DNA from: a bacterium
Lineage (GTDB): Bacteria > Desulfobacterota > DSWW01
Assembly: GCA_040756235.1 (NCBI GenBank)
Contig: JBFLZG010000126.1
Coordinates: 161,564 to 225,563 of the forward strand
Direction of reading: 5' to 3'
Length of the DNA: 64,000 bases
The notes under the pieces are model-generated. The model saw only the letters and a program-made list of their open reading frames with translations. It was not told the origin of the DNA and ran no database searches. Within the stretch, counting starts at the first letter, position 1; each line of letters opens with the position of its first letter. A program made the translations under genes and the position numbers. Positions 9,419 to 19,310 of this stretch are shown piece by piece.

Positions 9419-11059
9419 ATGCAGAGTCCGGTTCCTTATCGAAAACAGGTCTTCGTGGTGGACGTACTGAGGCGGCCGGGCGAGGTTTTGAATCTTTTGC
9501 TCGAGTACCTCGTCCGCATGCTGCCGCTGCCCCCTTCCCTGGCGCTGCTGCTCCATCAGCTGCGCGGGGTCCGCTTCAAAAGACGCTCATCGGTGTACCT
9601 GCGGCCTCTCTGCAGACTCGCTTCCCGGCATCCGCGCGGGCTGTACGTGGGGGAGAACGTCTTCCTGGATCTCGGGGTCACGATCGTCACAGATCGGTTC
9701 GATCCCGGCCTTCCGGGGCACTTTTATTTTCCGGACAAAGTCGTCATTGAAGACGACGTCTTTGTCGGCATGAACGCAACCATCCTCCCGGGCGTGACCG
9801 TCGGCCGGGGTGCCTATGTCGAGCCGGGGTCGGTGGTCGCTCGGAACGTTCTCCCGTACACGCAGGTCCGGGGCTGTCCCTGCAAAACGGTGGCAACGCT
9901 GAACGCGGTGCCCCGGGGCATTCGGTTGGAGCGCAGGAGGTCTTCCGGGAAGAAGCTGCCCAGCTACCGCGCAGACGGCCTGAGCGAGGAGCTTTACCCC
10001 TACGAAAAAGGCCTGTTCCGCACCCTCTTTTCCAACCCGGGTGTGATCCTGCGAAGTCTGCTCATGCACGCCGTCTATGTCTTGCCGGTCGGTGCGCCCG
10101 CGGTCGCACGGCTTTACGCCAGGATGGGGGTCCGATTCGAGAACTGCGCGCACAACCACATCGTCCCGCCCAACTACTTCGATCACCTCAACCCGCAAGG
10201 GATCTCGATCGGGAAGCGGACCCACATGTCTTTCGGCGTGAGGCTGCTCGCGCACAAGTTCGAGCCTGAGCACCCCGGCTATTTCTATCGCAAGGCCAAG
10301 CTGACGCTGGATCGAGACATCTTCCTGGGGATGAGCGTCATCCTGGCCCCCGGGATTCGGGTGCACGATCGGACCTTCGTGGGTGCCGGCTCTACCGTTT
10401 TCGAAGACCTGTCCGCCGGAGGCTTGTTCGTCGGCAACCCGGCGGAGCGGGTCCGCGGGACCAGACACGACAACCTGGATCCCTTCCTCACCCACGAAGA
10501 GAACAAGCTGTTCCGGGACGCGAAAGGCCAGGCTTTCAAGGTGTTTCAGTATGAGCACAGGTTCTTTCCGGTGCTGCGCCGGGATCCGAAGCGGATTCTC
10601 TATTTCCTGATCGAGTACGTTTCCAACGCCATCTTCATCTCCACGCGGCAGAAGGTGCTGCTGCACCGAGTGCGCGGAGTGCATTTCCGTGACCCCAATG
10701 ACGTCCTCATCGGCAACGGGGTGCATCTGGATCGGATCTACCCCGGGGGCATCTTTCTCGGGAAGAACGTGACCGTGTCCGACGGCGTCAGCATCATCAC
10801 CCACTACCTGGCCGTGGAGGACACCAACGGCTGCTACTACCGGCTCGGGAAGGTCACGGTCGAGGATGACGCCTTCATCGGTGCGAACAGCCTCATCTGT
10901 TCCAACGTCACGATCGGCAGGGGTGCGATCGTTGCGGCCGGGGCGGTCGTGATGCGGGACGTTCCCCCGCACACGATCGTCGGCGGCTGCCCGGCCCGGG
11001 TGCTGAAGAAACGAGAATACGCCCGTTCGCCGGCCGCTCTTGGGGACCGGGCGGCTTGA
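9419..11059 (+). CDS. Acyltransferase with three tandem hexapeptide (left-handed beta-helix) domains
   Basis: Three homologous units, each with a helical leader ending RGVRF/MGVRF/RGVHF and a hexapeptide tail ending GCPC/GNPA/GCPA. Confidence 0.85.
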   Translation: MQSPVPYRKQVFVVDVLRRPGEVLNLLLEYLVRMLPLPPSLALLLHQLRGVRFKRRSSVYLRPLCRLASRHPRGLYVGENVFLDLGVTIVTDRFDPGLPGHFYFPDKVVIEDDVFVGMNATILPGVTVGRGAYVEPGSVVARNVLPYTQVRGCPCKTVATLNAVPRGIRLERRRSSGKKLPSYRADGLSEELYPYEKGLFRTLFSNPGVILRSLLMHAVYVLPVGAPAVARLYARMGVRFENCAHNHIVPPNYFDHLNPQGISIGKRTHMSFGVRLLAHKFEPEHPGYFYRKAKLTLDRDIFLGMSVILAPGIRVHDRTFVGAGSTVFEDLSAGGLFVGNPAERVRGTRHDNLDPFLTHEENKLFRDAKGQAFKVFQYEHRFFPVLRRDPKRILYFLIEYVSNAIFISTRQKVLLHRVRGVHFRDPNDVLIGNGVHLDRIYPGGIFLGKNVTVSDGVSIITHYLAVEDTNGCYYRLGKVTVEDDAFIGANSLICSNVTIGRGAIVAAGAVVMRDVPPHTIVGGCPARVLKKREYARSPAALGDRAA

Positions 11060-11175
11060 CCGAGGGGGGCCAGCCTGTCTCACTGCTATTTACTTGTGCT
11101 GCGGAAATTCGTTAAAGTTACCCGGTCTCTTCCGCGAAATAAGAGAAAAGAGCATCGGCTTGTGGGGGTGGACCG

Positions 11176-12003
11176 ATGGCCGTGGCGAGGCGTCTCCCGG
11201 GATCCGGAAGGCGATCCTGTCTCATCTTCGCCGTCCTGCTTTCCCTGCAACTCCTGGACACCGGGTGCGGCCGCTGGCCCGTTCAGAAGAGGCTCTCCCC
11301 GCCCCCGAGCGTCGATGAGGCCAAAGGCGTCCGCAAGGTGAACGTGGACCCGCCCCCTCCCTACGAGTATCACATAGGGCCGGGGGACGATATCCTGGTC
11401 CGCTTCTTCTACTATCCGGACCTGCTGGAGCCCAAGATCGAGGTGCCCAGCGAGGGCTCCATCGAAATGCCTCTGATCGGGTCGGTCCGGGTGGTCGGCT
11501 TGACGGAGAAAGAGCTCAACCGCTTGTTGCGGGAGAAGTACGCGGACCGGCTCAAGTTCCCTGACCTGGTCGCCAGGGTCACCTCGCGCAGTCGCGACGC
11601 CGTCTATCTGGACGGCGCGGTCTCCAGGGGGGCCGGAAGCATGGCCTATTTCAGCACCCTCACGCTCCTGGACGCCTTGAAACGGGGCGGAATGGGGGCC
11701 GGCGGCGCCATGCACAGCGTGATCCTCATTCGCGGCATCAACACTCCCGACTTCCAGACCTTTCGCGTGGATGCCGTGGAGATGCTGAACGGCAAGCAGA
11801 AGGACATCTACCTGGAGCCGAACGACATCATCTATGTGCCCACGAAGTTCATCACCGACGTGAACTACTTCGTGGACCGGTATATCGACCGCGTCCTCGG
11901 CCGCCACATCGCCCCTGCCCTGGTGTTTCCACAGGCGTATCCGTACAGGGGGACGGTGGACTACGACGTGGATGTGCAACTGGTCCCCGAGGCGCAGGAC
12001 TGA
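11176..12003 (+). CDS. wza: Polysaccharide export protein (Wza/OPX family)
   Basis: Lipobox-like DTGC; YHIGPGDDILVRF; GSIEMPLIGSVRVVGLT; LEPNDIIYVP SLBB end. Confidence 0.85.
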   Translation: MAVARRLPGSGRRSCLIFAVLLSLQLLDTGCGRWPVQKRLSPPPSVDEAKGVRKVNVDPPPPYEYHIGPGDDILVRFFYYPDLLEPKIEVPSEGSIEMPLIGSVRVVGLTEKELNRLLREKYADRLKFPDLVARVTSRSRDAVYLDGAVSRGAGSMAYFSTLTLLDALKRGGMGAGGAMHSVILIRGINTPDFQTFRVDAVEMLNGKQKDIYLEPNDIIYVPTKFITDVNYFVDRYIDRVLGRHIAPALVFPQAYPYRGTVDYDVDVQLVPEAQD

Positions 12004-12036
12004 CGGGACCGCAACCTTCCTGAGTGACGAGACAGC

Positions 12037-12855
12037 ATGGCCTCAGAACCGACACCCCGGCCGCTGGACCCTCCGTCCATCGGCAACCGCTCGCTCGGTG
12101 GCACGAGAGACGCGGCCGAGCCGGCCCAGAGAGCGCGCGCGGGCGTTGCGGACATCGCGATCCCGGAGCGTGAAGACTTGCCTCCCATCGGCGTCCCGCC
12201 GCCCCGCTACCTGCGCGGTGCCGCTCTCGACCATTTCCTGGCATTGCGCAACAGGGTCCTGGACCAGGCGCAACGGCAGGGCGTGAAAGTCATCGGCGTG
12301 AGCAGCGCCAGGCCGGGAGAGGGCAAGACCACGGTGTCCATCTGTCTGGCTTCGGCCTTCGCCATGGCGTGCCCCCAGGGCGTTCTGCTGGTCGATGCCA
12401 ACTTGCGCAAGCCCGCAATTCACCGATTCTACCGGATGCCTCGCGCCCCCGGCCTTGCCGACGTGATCCAGGGGGACTTCGATTGGACGCGGGCCGTCAC
12501 GACCGCCCATGACCTCCCGCTCCAGGTGCTTGCGGCCGGCTCTCGGCCGGCGACTTCGCCCGCGGAGCTGTTCGTCTCGAGCCGGTTTGAACAGACGATC
12601 GCGGCATTCAAGTCCCGTTTCGATTTCATTCTGGTCGATACTCCGAACCTGCATGCCTACCAGGACGCGGAGCTCATGGGCAAGCATTTCGACGGGACGA
12701 TTCTCGTCGTCGAAAGCGATCGCACCCAACTCGCCGCTCTGCACCACGCGACCCGGCAGATGGAGGCCGCCCGGATCCCTGTTCTCGGGCTCCTTCTGAA
12801 CCGGCACAAGAAGGTGCTGCCGGGTTTCCTGGAGCGTTACCTGGGCGTGGAGTGA
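12037..12855 (+). CDS. CpsD/CapB-family BY-kinase-like ATPase (stand-alone Wzc cytoplasmic domain)
   Basis: Walker A SARPGEGKTT, A' VDANLRKP, B ILVDTP, VLGLLLN. Confidence 0.88.
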   Translation: MASEPTPRPLDPPSIGNRSLGGTRDAAEPAQRARAGVADIAIPEREDLPPIGVPPPRYLRGAALDHFLALRNRVLDQAQRQGVKVIGVSSARPGEGKTTVSICLASAFAMACPQGVLLVDANLRKPAIHRFYRMPRAPGLADVIQGDFDWTRAVTTAHDLPLQVLAAGSRPATSPAELFVSSRFEQTIAAFKSRFDFILVDTPNLHAYQDAELMGKHFDGTILVVESDRTQLAALHHATRQMEAARIPVLGLLLNRHKKVLPGFLERYLGVE

Positions 12856-12883
12856 AGCCACCTACTCGAGGTCACAACCCAGC

Positions 12884-14269
12884 ATGCCGACGATCGACTA
12901 CGAGACTCCGAAGAGGGTTTTCCTGCACTACGTTTTCCATGTCCTGTTCAAACGGAAAGGCCTCATCATCTGGGGTTTTCTGCTGGTCTTCCTGTCCATG
13001 AACCTGGCCATCCAGCTCTCCTACCCCGTGTACCTGGGCACGGCCAAGGTATGGGTCCACAAGACTTCGACCCAGCAGATCAACTTCTTCCCCGACATTC
13101 AGACGCCTCCCATCACGTTCAGCCCGATCTCCCAGGGCGTGAACTGGATCGAGTTTCTCAACGGCAAACAGATGGCGATGGACATCGTCGAAGAATTCGG
13201 GCTCGAGGCGTACTACCGCAACCGGAACGAGCGGCCCGCGAACTTCCGCGAGAGGTTCTGGCACGGCGTCAACCAGGTTTTCAACTATCCTTACCAGACC
13301 CTCGTGCGCATGGGGGTGCTCCCTCCCCTGGAGCCGCAAGACTACTTCCTGAGGGCGACCCAATCCGTCCTGAACGACATGGAGTCTCTCGACCTGGTCG
13401 GTCTCCAGACCGACATCCTGACCTTGTCCGTCTACGGCCCCACTCCCGAGCTGGCCCAGGGCATTGCCAACCACCTGGCTCGCTCGCTCGCGAACAAAGT
13501 GGTCGACGTCGAGCAGAACCGCGCCCGCTTTGCTCTGGAGTATGCCAAGCAGCACCTGGACGAGATCACTTCAGGGCTTTCGGCCGCCGAGCAGGAGCTG
13601 ACCGCCTACCAGCGGGAGCAGGGCGTTCTCAACCTGAAGGAGCAGCAGCTTCTGCAGGTCACGCGCGCGGACAATCTGGCGACCCAGATCGAGACCCTGG
13701 AGGTGGAGCGCGAGAAGCTGCTGGGAAAGCTGGAGGGCCTTCAGCAGGAAGTCGAGGACCAGAGAAGGGAGTTCGTGTCGCAGGTCTTGCTGCAGAGGGC
13801 CCTGAGCCAGATCCAGGACCTCAACGTGGAGCTCTCCATGCATGAGAAGAACCTGAAGATCGCACAGGAGCAGTACCAGGCTGCCCTGGAGAAGGCCCAA
13901 GGCCTGATCTCGGCCGAATTCGTGTTGAAGCGGCTGGAACGGGAGGCCAACACCTATTCCCAGATGTGGAGCCTGTTTCAGGATCGCATGGCGAAGCTGG
14001 AGATCGAGACGGTGTCGCGCCTGAAAGAGATTTCCATGGAGGTGATCGACCCCGCTTACGTTTCTCAAAACGCAAATCCTGTCTGGCCCCGGACACGCGA
14101 CCTGACGTCCCTCGGCATCCTCGGGGGAACCGTCCTCGGACTGTTTCTCGCCTTCATGGCGGAGTACTTCCACGACAGCGTGCGCACGGTCCGGGAGGCT
14201 GAAGAAGAGCTGAAGCTTCCGGTCCTCGGTTCGATCCCGGAGCTCAGACGCATGGCCCGGCGAGCGTAG
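12884..14269 (+). CDS. Polysaccharide co-polymerase / chain-length determinant (Wzz/GumC, Wzc N-terminal-like)
   Basis: Two TM helices flanking a coiled coil; VIDPA, PVWP; C-terminal LKLPVLGSIP. Confidence 0.85.
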   Translation: MPTIDYETPKRVFLHYVFHVLFKRKGLIIWGFLLVFLSMNLAIQLSYPVYLGTAKVWVHKTSTQQINFFPDIQTPPITFSPISQGVNWIEFLNGKQMAMDIVEEFGLEAYYRNRNERPANFRERFWHGVNQVFNYPYQTLVRMGVLPPLEPQDYFLRATQSVLNDMESLDLVGLQTDILTLSVYGPTPELAQGIANHLARSLANKVVDVEQNRARFALEYAKQHLDEITSGLSAAEQELTAYQREQGVLNLKEQQLLQVTRADNLATQIETLEVEREKLLGKLEGLQQEVEDQRREFVSQVLLQRALSQIQDLNVELSMHEKNLKIAQEQYQAALEKAQGLISAEFVLKRLEREANTYSQMWSLFQDRMAKLEIETVSRLKEISMEVIDPAYVSQNANPVWPRTRDLTSLGILGGTVLGLFLAFMAEYFHDSVRTVREAEEELKLPVLGSIPELRRMARRA

Positions 14270-14328
14270 CGTCGGCCGTCGATCAGTTGAACAACGGATG
14301 CTGCCTGTTTCGCGGAGCCTGCCTACGG

Positions 14329-15945
14329 ATGCAAGGAACGGCACGGAAAGCGCTCTTCAGGCAGCAGGACCTCGCGCGCGTTTCTTCGATCCTGGCCGTC
14401 ATCGCGATCGCCTATCTGCTCCTGCGCTTCCTGATCGTCGTCGCCATCGCCGATCGGTTCGGTACGGGTGAGTTCGCCGACATTCTCTTTGTCGCCCAGC
14501 TGATCCCCGTGACCTTGTTCATGCAGAACCGCAGGGCCCTGTTCCTGAGCTTCGTCCCGGTGTACATGGAGCGGGTGGTCCACGGGGACGAGGACGACCT
14601 GTGGCGCTTCGCCAGCCAGTTCACCAACCTGGTCCTGCTCGTGACCGGCGCCTTCACGGTCCTATACTACGTGTCGGCGCCCTGGCTCATGCGCATCGTG
14701 GCGGTCGGCTTCACGGCCGCTCAGCAAGAGCAGACGGTGCACCTGACGCGGCTCTTTTCCCCCGTCATCCTCCTGTTCATGGTGTATGGGATCGAGGAGA
14801 GCATTCTCTATTCGCACAAGCACTTCACCACGTCGAACCTGGCCGGTTTGTGCGTGGGGGCGGGCGGTCTGCTGGGCGTCGTCTGGCTGACCGAACGCCA
14901 CGGGCTCTCGGGGTACGCCTACGGGTCTCTGGCGGGTTACCTCCTCCAGGCCCTGATCCCCTTCAGCCTCTTCTGGAAATACCGGCGGCATTTCTCCTTC
15001 TCTCTGGATTTGCGCAGCCCGGGGCTCGTGCAGGTCTACAAGCTGCTGGGTCCGATTTATGTCCTTTCCGGCGCGCTGGGCCTGTTTCACGTCATCAACC
15101 GCGCCCTCGCGACCACCCTGGGTCCTGGACGCGTTTCCGCCTTTCAGTATTGCACGACCCTCACCTGGCTGCTGCCGATCCTCATGGCCAATGCCATCCT
15201 GGCGCCCCTGTTCCCGCTCATTGCCGAAAGGACGGTGCGCAGAGACCTGGACGGCCTGAAGAAGATCCTGCGGGAGGGGAGCCAGGTGCTCGTGTTCGCC
15301 GTGTTGCCGGTCGTGGCCGCCACCATCCTGTTGCGCGTTCCGATCGTCCGGCTCCTGTTCCAGCGGGGCGAGTTCTCGCCGGCGGACACGGCGCTGACCG
15401 CCCGCACATTGCTCTTTTACGCCCCTTTCATCCTGGCCATGACGCTCAACCTCCTGTCGTCCCAGGTGATGATCAACCTCAAGCTCGTCGGCCCCGCTGC
15501 CAGGCTTTCCGGAGCGGGCGTGCTGATCAATCTCGTCCTGTGCCTGTTGTTCATGAGGTTCTTCGACGTCGGAGGCATCGCCCTCGCGACCACCATTTCT
15601 TTCTATGCGATGACCTGGATCTCGATCGTCTTTATCCAGCGCGAGATCGGCTCGGCCGGTTTCGGCCGGCTCGTGAAGCCGAGCCTGAAAGTTCTTCTGG
15701 TCTGCTCTTTGGCGGCCGTCCCGACCGGCTCCCTGCTGAAGCTCCTGGAGGCATCCTGGGACCATACGCGTCTGGGGATCCAGGCTCTGGCCCTGGCCCT
15801 CGAAGGAGGGACCTTCCTGGCCGGATTCGTGCTCCTGGCCTGGGCCCTTCGGCTGGAGGAGATTCCCCTGCTCCTGGGCATGCTGCGGTCGAGAGAGCGG
15901 GTGAAGAAGGCGGAATTCTCGTTGTCGGTCCCGGGTGGGGGTTGA
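14329..15945 (+). CDS. MurJ/MviN-family flippase, probably the repeat-unit flippase
   Basis: IADRFGTGEFADI, SFVPVY, LFPLI, PIVRLLFQRGEFS..DT motifs; many TM helices. Confidence 0.82.
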   Translation: MQGTARKALFRQQDLARVSSILAVIAIAYLLLRFLIVVAIADRFGTGEFADILFVAQLIPVTLFMQNRRALFLSFVPVYMERVVHGDEDDLWRFASQFTNLVLLVTGAFTVLYYVSAPWLMRIVAVGFTAAQQEQTVHLTRLFSPVILLFMVYGIEESILYSHKHFTTSNLAGLCVGAGGLLGVVWLTERHGLSGYAYGSLAGYLLQALIPFSLFWKYRRHFSFSLDLRSPGLVQVYKLLGPIYVLSGALGLFHVINRALATTLGPGRVSAFQYCTTLTWLLPILMANAILAPLFPLIAERTVRRDLDGLKKILREGSQVLVFAVLPVVAATILLRVPIVRLLFQRGEFSPADTALTARTLLFYAPFILAMTLNLLSSQVMINLKLVGPAARLSGAGVLINLVLCLLFMRFFDVGGIALATTISFYAMTWISIVFIQREIGSAGFGRLVKPSLKVLLVCSLAAVPTGSLLKLLEASWDHTRLGIQALALALEGGTFLAGFVLLAWALRLEEIPLLLGMLRSRERVKKAEFSLSVPGGG

Positions 15946-15995
15946 AGACTGCCGCGGCAGAACGAGCATGAGCGATTCCCGGAGGGATCGTCCCG

Positions 15996-17351
15996 TTGTA
16001 CCGCAAGTATCCGAGACCTGAGAAGAGCTGGCACCTGGTGGAGATCGGGGTGATCCTGTTCTTGATGACCCTGACTCTGGAATCCATGGGGCTCCTTCAC
16101 GGGACTTCCTTCACTTTCGCCAAGATCTTCCTGATGCTGACCTTCCCCTACTGGGCCATCCAGGCCTTCTTGCGCAAGGACCCGTGGCTCTTGCTGCTCC
16201 CGTTCAAGAGCCGGACGAGTCTGGCGATCGGCGCCACCTTTGTCGCCAACCTTTTTTCTCTGATCCATTTGACCAGCACCGAGTACCTGGGGGGCGCCTT
16301 TCTCCGGTACTTCTTTCTCTACCTCACGGTGATCCTGATTGCGCAGGTGATCCGACAGAGCAAGAAGACCCTTCATGCCATGCTGATCTGCTTTGCGGTC
16401 GCCGCGGCTCCCAACTCAGTGGCAGGCATGGGCGAGCTCCTCACGCACAAGCAGATCCTGAAAGCGAGGATGTCCGGGACGGCCGAGAGCATGCAGCTGA
16501 GGGCTTCTCTGGGCGGGGCCCGGAGCGAGCTGGCCGGAGGCAAGGGGGGCAGGCGCGTGGTCGGATTCTCCCAGGGCGCCGGCGAGCATGCCATCCATTC
16601 GATCTCCTATGCCGCGATGGCCGCCGTGATCCCTTTCATCGTGCGCCACCGCTTGGCCCGGATGGCGGCGGTCTTGCTGGTTTTCCTGAACATGGTCAAC
16701 GTCGTCGCAACCGGCTCCCGCACCGGCATCATCGGGCTGCTCCTGTCGATCGGAGTCTTCCTCTATTTCATCGAAATGCGCCGCAAATGGCTGATCGTGC
16801 TGGCGGGCGTGCTGGGCTTCGTGATCGCGGCGACCCTGTTCGATCTGCCGCTCGCGCGCATCTTGCAGCGAACCGGCGCGGCCAAGGGGACGGTCGAGAT
16901 CCGGATTCAGCAGTTTCAGGTGGCGTTCAACATGATCCAGAAGTACCCTCTCTTCGGAGTGGGTCCGGGCAACTACATCACGGAGTACCACCGCTATCAC
17001 CAGGACTATCCCTGGCACGACAAAGTGGTCCTCCCGGGACCGCTGCACAACGCGATCCTCAACCAGGCGGCTGAAGGCGGGCTCGTGGGCCTGGTCTTTT
17101 TCCTGGCCCTCCTGGCGGTGGTGTTCTTGAAGCTCTACCTGGTGCGAAAGCGGAGCCCCGATCCGCACTTGCGGGCGACCGCGGTCGCTGTGATGGCCGC
17201 CTTTACCGGCTGGGTGGCGGGGCTCCTCTTCTATCCCGGCTTCTTCGACGAGCAGGGATGGATCTTGATGGGGATCACGATCGGCCTGTGGAACATTCAC
17301 GTGCTCACCCTGAAGACGGGGATCGACGAACAAGGGAACGCCGCGTCTTGA
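15996..17351 (+). CDS. O-antigen ligase/Wzy polymerase family protein
   Basis: ATGSRTG, R..QFQVAFNMI..YPLFGVGPGNY, HNAILNQAAEGGLVG motifs. Confidence 0.85.
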   Translation: MYRKYPRPEKSWHLVEIGVILFLMTLTLESMGLLHGTSFTFAKIFLMLTFPYWAIQAFLRKDPWLLLLPFKSRTSLAIGATFVANLFSLIHLTSTEYLGGAFLRYFFLYLTVILIAQVIRQSKKTLHAMLICFAVAAAPNSVAGMGELLTHKQILKARMSGTAESMQLRASLGGARSELAGGKGGRRVVGFSQGAGEHAIHSISYAAMAAVIPFIVRHRLARMAAVLLVFLNMVNVVATGSRTGIIGLLLSIGVFLYFIEMRRKWLIVLAGVLGFVIAATLFDLPLARILQRTGAAKGTVEIRIQQFQVAFNMIQKYPLFGVGPGNYITEYHRYHQDYPWHDKVVLPGPLHNAILNQAAEGGLVGLVFFLALLAVVFLKLYLVRKRSPDPHLRATAVAVMAAFTGWVAGLLFYPGFFDEQGWILMGITIGLWNIHVLTLKTGIDEQGNAAS

Positions 17352-18499
17352 AAAGGATCCACGTCGCACATCTCCTGGGCGGCGGCATCGTCTGCGGCGC
17401 ATCGCAGTACGCCCTGGAGCTCATGCAGGGTCTCGAGAGAGACTCTTTCCGGGTCTCTTTCGTGATCCTGAAGGACGGGCCGCTGTCAGCCGAGCTCGAG
17501 AGGCGGAGAGTGCCCGTTCACGTTCTCGGCAAGCGGCGGACCGGGGATCCGCTGGCCCTCTCGAGGGTTGTCCGGGTGTTGCGGGAAAAGGGGGTCGATC
17601 TGGTCCATACCCACACGTCCAACAGCAATCTGTACGGGATCCTGGGCTCCTTCTTTGTGCCGGCGTGCCGTGCGGTGGCCACCCTTCACGCCTACTACGC
17701 CGAGGTGAACGCGGAAGCGATCCCGCTCAGGATCCTGCTCAAGCCCGGCTATCGGGTGGACCGTTTCCTCCTGGGGCGGACGGCCGGGATCATCTCGGTT
17801 TCCCGCTCGATTCGCGATCGGATCGCAGCGGACGGTCTCGATCCGGAGCGCATCACGGTGATCCCGAACGGAATCGATGTGGAAGCCTGCCGGGCCCGAT
17901 CGGACCGGGCCGCAGTGCGGGAAGAGCTCGGGGTGGGGCCGGGCGAGGTGCTGGTCGGGACCGCAGGCAGGCTGGCCGCGGTCAAGAACCAGGCCCTGCT
18001 GCTCGAGGCGGCCGCCGCGGTCGTCTCCGACGTGCCGGGGCTGCGGCTCGCGATCTTCGGGGACGGGCCCCGAGAGGAGAGCCTCAAGGGGCTCGCCGCC
18101 CGGATGGGAATCGCCGCGCGCGTGCTCTTCCCGGGGTGGAAGGAAGACCTCCCGCGATACCTCTCGGGTCTGGACCTGTTCGCCCTTCCGTCACGCTCGG
18201 AGGTGGCTCCGTTCGTGCTCCTGCAAAGCATGGCGCTCGGGATTCCGGTGGTCGCGACCCGTGTGGGGGGGGTCCCGGAGATGGTCCTCGACGGCGAGAC
18301 CGGGCTGCTCACGGAGGAAGGAAACGCGCAGGAGATGGCTGCGGCGGTCCGCCTGCTGGCCCGGGACCCCGAGCGTCGGCGCGCCTTCGGGAGCCGCGGC
18401 GAGAGGCTCGTGCGCAGCCGCTTCAGCCGGGCCTCCATGCTGGAAGCGACTGCCGCATTCTACCGTCGGGCTTTTTCGTCACACGGAGGAACGACCTGA
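17348..18499 (+). CDS. Glycosyltransferase family 4
   Basis: TTG overlaps the upstream TGA; VIPNGID, GRLAAVKNQ, LPSRSE..PFVLLQSMALG. Confidence 0.9.
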   Translation: MKRIHVAHLLGGGIVCGASQYALELMQGLERDSFRVSFVILKDGPLSAELERRRVPVHVLGKRRTGDPLALSRVVRVLREKGVDLVHTHTSNSNLYGILGSFFVPACRAVATLHAYYAEVNAEAIPLRILLKPGYRVDRFLLGRTAGIISVSRSIRDRIAADGLDPERITVIPNGIDVEACRARSDRAAVREELGVGPGEVLVGTAGRLAAVKNQALLLEAAAAVVSDVPGLRLAIFGDGPREESLKGLAARMGIAARVLFPGWKEDLPRYLSGLDLFALPSRSEVAPFVLLQSMALGIPVVATRVGGVPEMVLDGETGLLTEEGNAQEMAAAVRLLARDPERRRAFGSRGERLVRSRFSRASMLEATAAFYRRAFSSHGGTT

Positions 18500-18500
18500 C

Positions 18501-19310
18501 ATGGACGTGACCCTGGGCGTGATCACCTGGAACGCGCGGGCGCTCCTCGAGCAGCTCCTCCGCTCCATCTATGCATCGGTGCGGAGCGCAACCTTTGAAG
18601 TCGTGGTGGTGGACAACGGCTCCCAAGACGGCACGATCGCCATGCTGGAACAAGAGTTCCCATCCGTGGTCGTGGTGCGGAACGCGGCGAACCGGGGCGT
18701 GGCTCCGGCGCGGAATCAGCTTCTCCGCTCGGCCCGGGGGCGCTACGTGCTCAGTCTGGACGTGGATACCACCCTGTATCCGAACGGAGCGGTGGAGACG
18801 CTCGTCACGACCATGGACCGGCACCCGCAGGCCGCCATCGCCGGACCGAAGCTCGTCTACCAAGACGGTTCCCTGCAGCTCTCGTGCAGGCCCTTCCCTT
18901 CTCCCATGAACATCCTCGTGGAGGGTACCTCGCTGCGCAAGGTCTTCCCGGGCTCCCGCTTCGTCCGGGAGTACAACATGGAGAGCTGGGACCACGAGAC
19001 GCTCAGGGAAGTGGACTGGATGTACGGGGCAGCGCTGATCATCCGGGCCTCCGTCCTGAAGGAAATCGGTTTGTTTGACGAGGGGTTTTTCTACTTGTAT
19101 GAAGACGTGGACCTCTGCTTCCGCGCGCGCAGGGCCGGATACAAGGTGCTCTACGTTCCGGAGGCCGTGATCTGTCACCATCTGGAACGTGAGGACCGGC
19201 CCCTGTTTTCCAGGACCCTGAAGGTCCACGTCCGGAGCGTCGGCAGGTACTTGTTGAAGGACTACTTTTCCATGGTGCGGCTCAAGGCGGCGCGAAGATG
19301 GCCAACTTGA
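18501..19310 (+). CDS. Glycosyltransferase family 2 (WbbL-like)
   Basis: GGAGGA RBS; VVDNGSQDGT, LDVD, FDEGFFYLYEDVDLC. Confidence 0.9.
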   Translation: MDVTLGVITWNARALLEQLLRSIYASVRSATFEVVVVDNGSQDGTIAMLEQEFPSVVVVRNAANRGVAPARNQLLRSARGRYVLSLDVDTTLYPNGAVETLVTTMDRHPQAAIAGPKLVYQDGSLQLSCRPFPSPMNILVEGTSLRKVFPGSRFVREYNMESWDHETLREVDWMYGAALIIRASVLKEIGLFDEGFFYLYEDVDLCFRARRAGYKVLYVPEAVICHHLEREDRPLFSRTLKVHVRSVGRYLLKDYFSMVRLKAARRWPT

